DNA from: Patescibacteria group bacterium
GTDB lineage: Bacteria; Patescibacteriota; Minisyncoccia; Phycocordibacterales; Phycocordibacteraceae
Direction of reading: 5' to 3'
DNA length: 47,275 nt
NCBI GenBank assembly: GCA_029260935.1
Contig: JAJDCJ010000006.1
Location: forward strand, 1-47,275
The position numbers and the translations under genes were made by a program. How positions within the stretch are numbered: the stretch's first letter is position 1; each line of letters begins with the position of its first letter. The notes beneath the pieces are model-generated. The model had not been told where the DNA came from. It made no database searches and saw nothing but the letters and a program-made list of their open reading frames with translations. Positions 17,860 through 27,432 of this stretch are shown here, in pieces.

Positions 17860-20206
17860 ATACGACCACAAAAAAATAGAGGAAAAGTGGCAGAAACGTT
17901 GGGAAGAAGCGGGACTGTATAGAACGGAGGACGCCGTTCAAGGAAAAGAAAATTTTTATACCTTAGTTGAGTTTCCATATCCGTCAGGAGATCTTCATAT
18001 TGGGCACTGGTCTGCGTTTGCGGTGCCTGATATTTTTGCCCGTATGAAGCGTATGCAGGGATACAACATGTTATATCCCATTGGTTTTGATGCGTTTGGT
18101 TTGCCTGCGGAAAACGCCGCTATCAAACACGGTGCGGACCCGGCAGAATGGACCCTTAAGAACATTGAGAGAATGCGCCTTCAGTTGAAACAAATGGGTA
18201 ATATGTTTGACTGGGACAGGGAAGTGTCTGCCTGCGACCCGAGTTTTTATAGATGGACGCAGTGGCTTTTCCTGCAACTTTTTAATAAAGGTTTGGCATA
18301 CAAGAAAAAAGCAGTGGTGAACTGGGACCCGGTTGACCAAACAGTGCTCGCAAATGAGCAGGTGCTTTCCGATGGCACGGCCGAGAGAAGTGGTGCGAAA
18401 GTTGAGAAAAAAGAACTTTCGCAATGGTTTTTGAAAATTACCGAGTACGCAGACCGCCTTATTGATGACTTGGATGGTTTGGCCTGGCCGGAACCCATCA
18501 AAGACGCGCAGAGAAACTGGATTGGAAGAAACGAAGGAGCAAAAATTGAATTTGATATATCAAGTTTTGATAAGAAAATAGAGATATTTACGACGCGTCC
18601 CGATACGCTATACGGGGCAACGTATGTGGTGCTTGCGCCGGAACACCCGCTTGTTACAGAGCTTGCAGGTACTATGATTAATCATAGTGAAGTCAGGCAG
18701 TATGTCGAAGCAGCGGCAACAAAGAGTGACCTTGAGCGACAGGAACATAAAGAAAAAACTGGCGTTGAGTTGAAAGGCGTGAAGGCGGTCAATCCTGGGA
18801 GTAAAGAAGAAATTCCCATTTTTATTGCCGACTATGTACTTTCCGGTTATGGCACCGGCGCCATTATGGCGGTGCCCGCGCACGACGAGCGTGATAGAGA
18901 GTTTGCAAAGAAATTTAATTTGCCGGTACGGACAGTTGTGTCTGAAGAGGGAACACTTGTTGATTCTGGAACATTTGACGGAATGACCAGCGAAGATGCA
19001 AAACAAAAAATTACTGAACACGTCGGTGGAAAAATGACCACAACATACCGCCAGCGCGACTGGCTTATTTCGCGTCAGCGCTACTGGGGCACACCAATAC
19101 CTATTGTGTACGACCCGGAAGGGAATGCGCACGCCATTTCCGACGAGCACCTGCCGTGGGTTTTACCAAGCGATGTTGATTTTACGCCCACCGGTGAAGC
19201 GCCGCTCGCCCGTTCAAAGGAATTAAAAGAGCGGGTAGAAAAACTTTTTGGAAAAGGATGGACACCGGAAGTAGACACCTTTGATACGTTCGTTGATTCG
19301 TCGTGGTATTTCCTCCGCTACCTTGACCCAAAGAACGAAAAAGAATTTGCTTCAAAAGAATTACAGAAAGCATGGATGCCCGTTGGGCGTTATTCAGGTG
19401 GAGCCGAGCACACCACAATGCACATCCTCTATTCTCGTTTTTTTATCAAAGCGCTTTATGACCTCGGGCTTGTAACAGAACATGAACCGTACACGGTGCG
19501 CATGAACCGCGGGCTTATTTTGGCTGAGGACGGCAGAAAAATGAGCAAGAGATGGGGGAACACAGTGAATCCTGATGAGCAGGTGAATAATGTTGGTGCA
19601 GATTCTGTAAAAATGTACTTGGCATTTATCGGCCCCTACAATGAAGTGAGTTCGTATCCGTGGAATACGAACGGACTTATTGGTGTGCGTCGTTTCTTAG
19701 AGCGCGTATGGATCCTTCAAGATCATCTATCGGATGATTCCAGTGACAATACGCTTGGGGGGCTCGTCCACCGAAGCATTAAGAAGGTTGGGGACGATGT
19801 CGAGTCTATGAAATTTAACACCTCAGTTTCGGCTTTGATGATTCTTTCAAATGAATTTCAGAAACTTGAAACAGTGCCTCAGGATGCGTATGAAATTTTC
19901 CTTAAACTCCTCGCACCGTTTGCCCCTCATATGGCAGAGGAGCTGTGGGAGCGACTTGGGCACACCACTTCTATTCACCTTGAAACATGGCCTGTCTATG
20001 ACCCACAATTAGCTCAGTCAGATACGGTGGCAATAGTGTTGCAGATTAACGGAAAAAAACGAGGAGTGCTTGAAATAGGACATGATAGCTCGCAGGAAGA
20101 GGTTTTAGCGGCTATTCAAAGAGATCAGAAATTGCTAAAATACATTGATTTTAAGCCAAAAAAAGTTGTTTTCGTTCCAAATAAGATCATTAATTTTATT
20201 GTGTAG
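17852..20206 (+). CDS. leuS: Leucine--tRNA ligase
   Basis: FPYPSGDLHIGH, TTRPDT editing domain, KMSKR; ATG 17852. Confidence 0.98.
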   Translation: MSEYDHKKIEEKWQKRWEEAGLYRTEDAVQGKENFYTLVEFPYPSGDLHIGHWSAFAVPDIFARMKRMQGYNMLYPIGFDAFGLPAENAAIKHGADPAEWTLKNIERMRLQLKQMGNMFDWDREVSACDPSFYRWTQWLFLQLFNKGLAYKKKAVVNWDPVDQTVLANEQVLSDGTAERSGAKVEKKELSQWFLKITEYADRLIDDLDGLAWPEPIKDAQRNWIGRNEGAKIEFDISSFDKKIEIFTTRPDTLYGATYVVLAPEHPLVTELAGTMINHSEVRQYVEAAATKSDLERQEHKEKTGVELKGVKAVNPGSKEEIPIFIADYVLSGYGTGAIMAVPAHDERDREFAKKFNLPVRTVVSEEGTLVDSGTFDGMTSEDAKQKITEHVGGKMTTTYRQRDWLISRQRYWGTPIPIVYDPEGNAHAISDEHLPWVLPSDVDFTPTGEAPLARSKELKERVEKLFGKGWTPEVDTFDTFVDSSWYFLRYLDPKNEKEFASKELQKAWMPVGRYSGGAEHTTMHILYSRFFIKALYDLGLVTEHEPYTVRMNRGLILAEDGRKMSKRWGNTVNPDEQVNNVGADSVKMYLAFIGPYNEVSSYPWNTNGLIGVRRFLERVWILQDHLSDDSSDNTLGGLVHRSIKKVGDDVESMKFNTSVSALMILSNEFQKLETVPQDAYEIFLKLLAPFAPHMAEELWERLGHTTSIHLETWPVYDPQLAQSDTVAIVLQINGKKRGVLEIGHDSSQEEVLAAIQRDQKLLKYIDFKPKKVVFVPNKIINFIV

Positions 20207-20226
20207 TAGCTGTGGAAAAGAATATT

Positions 20227-20255
20227 TTGACACAGTATATCTTTTATGATATAAA
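20227..20255 (+). promoter_or_regulatory. Sigma70-type promoter
   Basis: TTGACA-17-TATAAA with TG extension. Confidence 0.6.
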
Positions 20256-20281
20256 TAGAACATAAATAGGGAGTAAAACAA

Positions 20282-21322
20282 ATGAAAAAAGCAACACGTA
20301 TCAGCTTCAAACCGGCACAAGCTACGAAGCGTCTCATACAAGGTCTTCCAGATCGTTCACGCGACGTCATCCTTTCACGGTACGGCCTTTCAGGTCAGAC
20401 GCGAAATGAGACACTTGACTCTATAGGAAAACGTTACGGTATCACCCGCGAACGTGTTCGTCAGATTGAGAATCATGCCGTTAAACTCATCCAAGAGTCT
20501 GACGCCTTTCTTGCAGAAGCTGATGTCTTTGATTCTCTTGAAAGCGCTATCCGCGACTTGGGAGGTATTTTAAGTGAACAAAATCTTCTTGAGTTGCTTT
20601 CACCAGCACCTGATGCTAAAAACCATATTTACTTCCTACTGGTTGTTGGACATCCATTTAAGGTTGAAAAAGAAAACTCTGACTTTATGCGACGATGGTT
20701 TGTTGACGATGGAATTGCCAAAGCAGTTGAGAGCGCCCTTAAAGCAGTTCATCAAAAAGTTCGCCCTTCCGATGTACTTACCGAAGAGCAGTTGGTGAAT
20801 CATGTCATGACGTGTCTTTCAAGTGTGAATGCAAAATATAAAAACCAAGACACAATTTTACGATGGCTTGAACTTTCACAGTGTCTGGTGAGTAATCCGC
20901 TTAATGAGTGGGGACGTCCTTCGGCGCCAGGAATCAAAATAAAGAATATTGCAGACTATGCATACCTTGCAATGAAGAAACATGGGTCGCCAATGCACTT
21001 TAGAGAAATCACCAAGGCGATTGACCACATGTTTGGAAAAAAGGCACATGAAGCAACTACTCATAATGAACTTATTAAAAGTGACCGGTTTGTGTTGGTG
21101 GGACGCGGTACCTACGCGCTGACTGAATGGGGATACCGTATTGGCCCTGTTGCAACTATCATTGAGCATATTCTGGAAGAAAACGGCCCACTTACTAAAG
21201 TTGAAATTATAGACAAGGTAGGTAAAGAGCGTTTTGTAAAAACAAACACCATTATTGTGAACCTGCAGAATGCTAAGTTTGTAAAATCAAAAAAAGACGG
21301 TACGTACTCTCTCAAAAAGTAA
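20282..21322 (+). CDS. Sigma70 region 4 HTH protein with C-terminal winged-HTH domains
   Basis: RYGL...TLDSIGKRYGITRERVRQIE; PMHFREI...HNELIK..RFVLVGRGTYAL. Confidence 0.8.
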   Translation: MKKATRISFKPAQATKRLIQGLPDRSRDVILSRYGLSGQTRNETLDSIGKRYGITRERVRQIENHAVKLIQESDAFLAEADVFDSLESAIRDLGGILSEQNLLELLSPAPDAKNHIYFLLVVGHPFKVEKENSDFMRRWFVDDGIAKAVESALKAVHQKVRPSDVLTEEQLVNHVMTCLSSVNAKYKNQDTILRWLELSQCLVSNPLNEWGRPSAPGIKIKNIADYAYLAMKKHGSPMHFREITKAIDHMFGKKAHEATTHNELIKSDRFVLVGRGTYALTEWGYRIGPVATIIEHILEENGPLTKVEIIDKVGKERFVKTNTIIVNLQNAKFVKSKKDGTYSLKK

Positions 21323-21341
21323 TTTTTAAGGAATAGGATCC

Positions 21342-21378
21342 TTTTAAAAACCTACAACGCTGTTGTAGGTTTTTAAAA
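21342..21378. repeat. Long palindrome or bidirectional terminator
   Basis: TTTTAAAAACCTACAAC-GCT-GTTGTAGGTTTTTAAAA, 17-bp arms. Confidence 0.75.
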
Positions 21379-21394
21379 ATGGTATATTTCTTGT

Positions 21395-22618
21395 ATGAAC
21401 CTGAATATGGTCTTACGTGTAGCGCTCGTGTCACTACTGCTCATTATTCCTCTTGGGATATTTTTTATTCCAAGTAGTACTGCTATTGTGCTTGGCGGTT
21501 TATTTTTCATTGGTCCTTTATGGATACCGTTTGTTTTGGCAGCCCTTTTAGTGCCACTGTGGTTAACCCACATACGTTCGCAGTATGTGGCCAGTATTCC
21601 TTACGTAGTGTTTGAATTAAAACCGGGCGAACACACTCCGAAGACCGCACACGCAATGGAGTTGGTGTTTTACTCGCTCCATCACCGCATTGCAATTAGC
21701 CGAGTAACGGAAATATTAACCGGGCAAATACGTATGCCATGGAGCTTTGAGATTACCGCGTCAAAAGGTGTAGTGCGTTTTTTTATGAGAGTGCCACAGT
21801 CACAACGGCAGGCAGTTGAACTGCGACTTCGCTCTGAGTACCGCGACATTGACTTGGACGAAATTAGAGATTATGCCAGAGAAGTCTCTTTTGATCCTGT
21901 GAGTATGAAAATGAAAATGCGGGAATATGTATTAGCAAAACCTGATCCATACACACTTAAAACATATGATTGATACGAGAGTGAAAATGCAACAGGACCC
22001 TTTTCACAACTGCTTGATACATTAGTTGAGGTTGGAGAAGAGGAACACGTATATATTTCATATATTATACGACCGCATCAGAGAGCACGAAAAAGAATCT
22101 GGCAGGAGGAAACGACAGAGCTCCACACTGATGCATCCGCAGAGATTGCTAAAATTTTGGGTCCTGGTGGAGATCCGCGACAACTCCCTAAAAAAGAACA
22201 GGTATTGGTTGGTGCCATAGAAGAAGCACTCAAGAAGCCCTCTTTTGATTGTGGCGTCAGAGCACTCTATTTTGCACCGAAGGGAAGGTATAGTGCAGAA
22301 AAAGCAGATGGTTTGGACACACTATTTAGTGATTTCAGCGATGAGCAGTTAAATGAGTTTCAGCCATATTCTCCTCGTGAAAGAATTTTCTGGCCGTTAA
22401 CTGATGTGTTTGCTGCACTCCCTTGGCTTGAGGAGTTATTCTTGTTTAATGTGTATCGTAGACGTGCCTTCTTCATGCCGCCGTATTATGGAAATAGTCT
22501 TATACTGAATACTGCAGAGCTTGCTACAATTTTTCATTTGCCTTTTATTACACGTTCAAGCGCGCTCTCGCGCGGACGGGGAAATCGTCTGGAACCGCCA
22601 GATAATCTTCCAGTTTAA
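21395..22618 (+). pseudogene. Membrane-anchored hypothetical protein interrupted by one in-frame TGA (21971-21973)
   Basis: ORFs 21395-21973 and 22157-22618 share a frame, and the frame is open between them. Confidence 0.75.
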
Positions 22619-22661
22619 GGAAGCACGTTGTAATTGTTAAACACGTTTTATATTTATTTGT

Positions 22662-23645
22662 ATGGTACATAGTACATATCTTCAAAAATTTCTTACAGTC
22701 GCAACTACTATGCGAACATATACATTAGCACTTGTTGGACTTGTAGTACTTATAGTGGGCCTGACTGCCTTCATATCGGCTCCATTTCAATTTCCTCGTA
22801 ACTACACTATCGCTATTCCTGAGGGCTTTACCGTTGCACAAACTGCTCAACTCTTAGAAGAGGAAAACATTATTCGCTCTTCTACTTTTTTTATTACACT
22901 TATTACGTTGTTTGGAGGGGACACGGGAGTGGTTTCAGGTCTGTACTCTTTTGAAAGACCGAAGTCTATTTTTAGTGTCGTGTACCGCTTAAACACAGGG
23001 TCAGTGACTTCAGAGTTTACAAGAGTAACTATCCCAGAAGGAGCAACAGTGAGAGAGATTGCCGGTATTCTTAAAGATAGTTTTCCTGACCTAGATTCAG
23101 ATGAGTTTATTGTTCAAGCACTTCCTGAGGAAGGGTACTTATTTCCTGAGACATATCTTTTTGCGCCCGGTGTTGGCGCAGAACAAATTATTGCTACGAT
23201 GAGGCGTCAGTTTGATGAAACTATTGTATTACTTGAGGCGGACATAGCAAGGTTTGGAAAACCAATCAGTGACATTGTTATTATGGCATCTCTGTTAGAA
23301 AAAGAGGCGCGTTTGTTTGAAACACGACAAACAGTTGCTGGTATTTTGTGGGATCGTATTGAAATCGGCATGCCACTCCAGGTGGATGCCGTGTTTGGCT
23401 ACATCTTAAACACAGCTACTTTTAGTCCAACCTTTGACCAGCTTGAAATTGATTCTCCCTATAATACATATACCAATAAAGGACTTCCACCGGGGGCAAT
23501 TGCAAATCCTGGGTTTGAGGCACTGAAAGCAACAGTGACACCTATTAAAACACCATACCTCTTTTATTTGACTGGGAAAGACGGCCAAATGCACTACGGA
23601 CGCACCTTTGAAGAACATCTAGCAAATAGACGATTTCTCCGTTAA
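22662..23645 (+). CDS. mltG: Endolytic transglycosylase MltG (YceG)
   Basis: TIPEG, EGYLFPETY, MASLLEKE, LQVDA, SPYNTY..GLPPGAIANPG. Confidence 0.95.
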   Translation: MVHSTYLQKFLTVATTMRTYTLALVGLVVLIVGLTAFISAPFQFPRNYTIAIPEGFTVAQTAQLLEEENIIRSSTFFITLITLFGGDTGVVSGLYSFERPKSIFSVVYRLNTGSVTSEFTRVTIPEGATVREIAGILKDSFPDLDSDEFIVQALPEEGYLFPETYLFAPGVGAEQIIATMRRQFDETIVLLEADIARFGKPISDIVIMASLLEKEARLFETRQTVAGILWDRIEIGMPLQVDAVFGYILNTATFSPTFDQLEIDSPYNTYTNKGLPPGAIANPGFEALKATVTPIKTPYLFYLTGKDGQMHYGRTFEEHLANRRFLR

Positions 23646-23654
23646 AGTATAGAG

Positions 23655-24683
23655 ATGAAAACGGTTTTTGTGGGACTCTCAGGGGGAGTTGATTCTGCGG
23701 TTTCAGCGTATCTTTTAAAAAAACAAGGATACCAAGTGGTTGGAGCTTTTTTGCGCGTGTGGGAGCCGGACTTTTTACCGTGCACTGCAGGTCAAGACAG
23801 ACTTGACGCGATGCGTGTTGCCGCGCACTTGGAAATACCATTCATAACGTACAACTTAGAAAAAGAGTATAAAGACACCGTTGTTGATTACTTTATAAAC
23901 GAATATAGAGCGGGTCGCACCCCGAACCCTGACGTCATGTGCAACCGTCATATTAAGTTTGGTGCTTTTTGGGAGTGCGCGCAAAGAGACGGCGCAGACT
24001 TGATAGCGACGGGTCACTATGCGCAAAATTTTGAATCGGACGCTGCGTTCCATTTAGTGCGCGGTTTAGATGATTCAAAAGATCAAAGTTATTTTCTATG
24101 GACGCTCACACAAGACGATTTACGGCATACACTTTTTCCTGTTGGCGGTATTAAAAAAAGTGAGGTGCGAAAGATCGCAATAAAAGCAAAACTACCAAAC
24201 TCAAAGAAAAGAGACTCGCAAGGATTATGCTTTTTAGGGCAGGTTGATATGAAAGAATTTTTGCAACATTATATTCCGATGCAAAAGGGTGTAATAAAAA
24301 ATAAAACTGGAGAGGTAATTGGTGAGCATGACGGTGTGTGGTTTTATACTCTTGATCAACGTATTGCAGCTCATGGTGGCGAAAAAATGTATGTGGTTGA
24401 GAAAAATGTAGAAGAAAATGTATTGGTGGCAGATGTCCATGCGAGCGAGATTGGAGGCGATTCCAGTATTACGCTTTCTAATATGAGTTGGGTTGGAAAA
24501 CCACCGAATGAGGGTGGAGAATACGAGGCACAGATTCGCTACCATGGAGAACGGGTCCCCGTTACTCTCGGCGAGGAACAGAGTGTTCTTTTTGAGGAAC
24601 CAACGCGCGTAGCCCAAGGACAGTCTATTGTTATTTATGATTCAGTAACTGAAGAGTGTATGGGAGGTGGCATTGTTGAGTAG
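23655..24683 (+). CDS. mnmA: tRNA-specific 2-thiouridylase
   Basis: SGGVDS, TPNPDVMCN, ATGHY, KDQSYFL, DSQGLCF. Confidence 0.97.
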   Translation: MKTVFVGLSGGVDSAVSAYLLKKQGYQVVGAFLRVWEPDFLPCTAGQDRLDAMRVAAHLEIPFITYNLEKEYKDTVVDYFINEYRAGRTPNPDVMCNRHIKFGAFWECAQRDGADLIATGHYAQNFESDAAFHLVRGLDDSKDQSYFLWTLTQDDLRHTLFPVGGIKKSEVRKIAIKAKLPNSKKRDSQGLCFLGQVDMKEFLQHYIPMQKGVIKNKTGEVIGEHDGVWFYTLDQRIAAHGGEKMYVVEKNVEENVLVADVHASEIGGDSSITLSNMSWVGKPPNEGGEYEAQIRYHGERVPVTLGEEQSVLFEEPTRVAQGQSIVIYDSVTEECMGGGIVE

Positions 24684-24724
24684 CGCGGGGTATCTTTATT
24701 TTGCCAATGATATACTGACACTCT

Positions 24725-25549
24725 ATGCGTATTGTAAAAGGAGATGGTTCACGTGAGGAATTTGATATTGAAAAACTAGAGCGGTCAATGCTACGCTCGG
24801 GAGCGCCCAAAGAAGCAGTGCATGCACTTGCCCTTAAAGTCACCGCAACTATTCGCGACGGCATGACCACCAGTGAAATTTATAGAAGCGCGTTTCGTCA
24901 ACTAAAAAAAGAAGAAAGCACCTTTGCCGCACGCTATTCTATGCGACGAGCAATACTTGAAATGGGCCCTACAGGGTTTCCATTTGAAGATTACTTTTGT
25001 GCTCTTATGAGGGCAAAAGGGTATCAGGCAAAAGTGAGACAAATTATCACCGGCACATGCACTCACCACGAGGTTGATGTTGTATTGGAAAAAGATGGAC
25101 TCACGATTGGTGCTGAGTTGAAATTTCATAATACGCCAGGATTTAAAACTGATTTAAAGACAGCACTCTACGTACGCGCACGTTTTTGGGATATTGAGTA
25201 TGCTATTGAAGACCAAAGCAAAAAAAGTAAAGTACAAGAAGGATGGCTCGTTACTAATACAAAATTTACAAGCCAGGCAATAGAGTATGGTGAGTGTGCA
25301 GGGATTAAATTACTTGGGTGGGGACATCCGACTGACTATAACCTTGCTGATATTGTGAGAGAGACAGGGCTGTATCCTATTACAGTGCTTACTACTTTAA
25401 CTAAAAAGGAACAGCGACAACTCCTTCAAAACCAAATAACAGTGTGTAAGGATATTCATAATAATCCAGATCTTCTTGCAAAAGCAGGTATTGCCAAGCG
25501 AAAACATCGTGAAATTATTGAGGAGAGTTTACGAATTTGTGGATCGTAA
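24725..25549 (+). CDS. ATP-cone plus Mrr-like PD-(D/E)XK nuclease domain protein
   Basis: IVKGDGSREEFD ATP-cone; GFPFE...HEVDV...ELKFH...LVTNTKFT. Confidence 0.8.
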   Translation: MRIVKGDGSREEFDIEKLERSMLRSGAPKEAVHALALKVTATIRDGMTTSEIYRSAFRQLKKEESTFAARYSMRRAILEMGPTGFPFEDYFCALMRAKGYQAKVRQIITGTCTHHEVDVVLEKDGLTIGAELKFHNTPGFKTDLKTALYVRARFWDIEYAIEDQSKKSKVQEGWLVTNTKFTSQAIEYGECAGIKLLGWGHPTDYNLADIVRETGLYPITVLTTLTKKEQRQLLQNQITVCKDIHNNPDLLAKAGIAKRKHREIIEESLRICGS

Positions 25550-25566
25550 AATGGTATACTTTTGAA

Positions 25567-26415
25567 ATGTCAGGATATTACAAACCAGATCGGAGAAAAG
25601 ACTGGAACTATGGTGGCCCTCGTTGGCGTCTCTCTCGGTCAAAAATAGACCTTTTTAAGGAGTGCGCACGATGTTTTTATATTGACAATAAGTTAGGAAC
25701 GGCACGTCCACCGGGATATCCATTTAATCTCAACTCAGCAGTTGATACTCTTTTAAAAAAAGAATTTGATATTCACCGCGCAAAAAAGGAGGCGCATCCG
25801 TTGATGGTTGAATACGGTATTGATGCCATTCCATTTCAACACCCTGATTTAGATACGTGGCGTGAGAACTTCAAAGGTGTGCAAACCGTGCACACACCAA
25901 CAGGTTTTACTGTTTCAGGTGCCGTTGACGACGTATGGATAAACCCCGAAGGGGAACTTATCGTCGTTGACTATAAAGCAACAAGCAAAAACGGCGAAGT
26001 GAGTTTGGATGCTGATTGGCAGATAGGGTACAAAAGACAAATGGAGGTGTACCAATGGTTACTTAGACAAAATGGTTTTAAAGTTTCAGATACCGGCTAC
26101 TTTGTGTATGTAAACGGAAGAACAGATGTTGATACGTTTGATGCAAAACTAGAGTTTGATATGAAAATACTGCCATACAAAGGAGACGATAGCTGGGTTG
26201 AAGAGACATTACGTGATATTAAAAAGACGCTTGAGAGCGAAGCGATACCTACCTCGGGCGAAGATTGCGACTACTGCAAATACAGAGAGTTTACTGGAAA
26301 AAAATTACGCGCACAACATTTAGGACATAGTGAAAATTCTGCAGAAGATGTATCCAAGGGAAAGCATAAAAATAAAACAGAGGCAAAAAATGATCAAGAA
26401 TCACTTTTTACCTAA
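25567..26415 (+). CDS. PD-(D/E)XK nuclease (Cas4/AddB-like)
   Basis: LSRSKI...CARCF, GAVDD, VVDYKAT, QMEVY, CDYC. Confidence 0.85.
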   Translation: MSGYYKPDRRKDWNYGGPRWRLSRSKIDLFKECARCFYIDNKLGTARPPGYPFNLNSAVDTLLKKEFDIHRAKKEAHPLMVEYGIDAIPFQHPDLDTWRENFKGVQTVHTPTGFTVSGAVDDVWINPEGELIVVDYKATSKNGEVSLDADWQIGYKRQMEVYQWLLRQNGFKVSDTGYFVYVNGRTDVDTFDAKLEFDMKILPYKGDDSWVEETLRDIKKTLESEAIPTSGEDCDYCKYREFTGKKLRAQHLGHSENSAEDVSKGKHKNKTEAKNDQESLFT

Positions 26416-26451
26416 CATGTTTTGAAATGCACTACAGTACTCTCTTAAAAT

Positions 26452-26477
26452 AAAATGTATCATATATGATACATTTT
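26452..26477. repeat. Palindrome family C copy 3, at the TrpR-like gene stop
   Basis: AAAATGTATCATATATGATACATTTT, 26-bp perfect. Confidence 0.92.
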
Positions 26478-26905
26478 TATTTTTTCTTTGGTTTGGGTTC
26501 AGGGAAGAAAAGGAAGTGTAGAGGATATTTTTTCTTGAGTGCGGCATACCCAAATGGATTTCTTTTTCGCTCAGCTTGTAGTGCTCGTTTATCCATTTCT
26601 TTTTCTAATCCCTGTATTACTTGTTCGTATCCAGGCATTTGGTCATTGAGCCATTTTTCAACGCGCCAAATAGTGTTTCGGCTAACTTTTAATTTTGCGC
26701 CGATTTCAACTCTTGTATGATTGCTGAGAAGGAGGCGTGCTATCCATATGCGTCTACCGAGCATAATGCGCTCGCTAGGGGTTAATAAGTCCCGTAGGAA
26801 CAATTTCGCTGCTGCTCGCCCACGGATGTGTGCTGCTGATGTGTATAGCATGTCCAGAGTGTGCATTTTCTCTTTTTCTGTTAAGTCGCTTAATTTTTTC
26901 TTCAT
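26477..26905 (-). CDS. TrpR-like (YerC/YecD family) HTH protein
   Basis: FLRDLLTPSERIMLGRRIWIARLL...EIGAKLKVSRNTIWRV matches the TrpR/YerC pattern. Confidence 0.85.
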   Translation of the reverse strand: MKKKLSDLTEKEKMHTLDMLYTSAAHIRGRAAAKLFLRDLLTPSERIMLGRRIWIARLLLSNHTRVEIGAKLKVSRNTIWRVEKWLNDQMPGYEQVIQGLEKEMDKRALQAERKRNPFGYAALKKKYPLHFLFFPEPKPKKK

Positions 26906-26939
26906 ATCAAGAATGTATCATATATGATACATTCTTGAT
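26906..26939. promoter_or_regulatory. Palindrome family C copy 4, abutting the TrpR-like start codon (candidate operator)
   Basis: ATCAAGAATGTATCATATATGATACATTCTTGAT, 34-bp perfect palindrome. Confidence 0.8.
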
Positions 26940-27065
26940 GGGGTGGTGATATACGGAAGTGGAAAGTTTATGCATGCAAAAGATTCGTTTGAAAAGGAGA
27001 TTTAGATTAGTAAAAAGATTTTTTAATTCTTCTTCTGTTTAAGGGTTTGGTTTTTTATTTCGCGG

Positions 27066-27085
27066 ATGTATCATATATGATACAT
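27066..27085. repeat. Palindrome family C copy 5
   Basis: ATGTATCATATATGATACAT in the divergent intergenic region. Confidence 0.92.
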
Positions 27086-27132
27086 TTTTAGTAGGTTCGG
27101 ATAATGGTTTTGTATAGTAGGATAGTAGAGAT

Positions 27133-27393
27133 ATGAAAAAACAGACGATGTTTCGTAAGCGAGTTGAAGAGGTGGTGAGATCAATCAAAAAAGGAGAAAC
27201 GAGAAGCTATGGTGAAGTTGCGACTGCTGTTGGCAGTCCGGGTGCGGCGCGTGCAGTGGGCACGGTGATGCGCACGAACAAAGATACAAGTGTGCCGTGC
27301 CACCGCGTAGTCGCTAAAAATGGCATCGGTGGTTACAATGGCCTTTGCGGTGAAAAAGAAGCTCTGCTTCGCAAGGAAGGCGCACTCAAGTAA
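27133..27393 (+). CDS. Single-domain methylated-DNA--protein-cysteine methyltransferase (MGMT/Ogt family)
   Basis: SYGEVA, ARAVG, PCHRVV active site. Confidence 0.9.
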   Translation: MKKQTMFRKRVEEVVRSIKKGETRSYGEVATAVGSPGAARAVGTVMRTNKDTSVPCHRVVAKNGIGGYNGLCGEKEALLRKEGALK

Positions 27394-27432
27394 GCAGTAA
27401 CAAAACCGGCGTTGTCGGTATACTATAGGCGT

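Noticed and set aside
21971-21973. Genetic code 25 (UGA=Gly) or selenocysteine
   Set aside because: Only one internal TGA among the long genes, TGA ends several other ORFs, and there is no redox-motif context for Sec.
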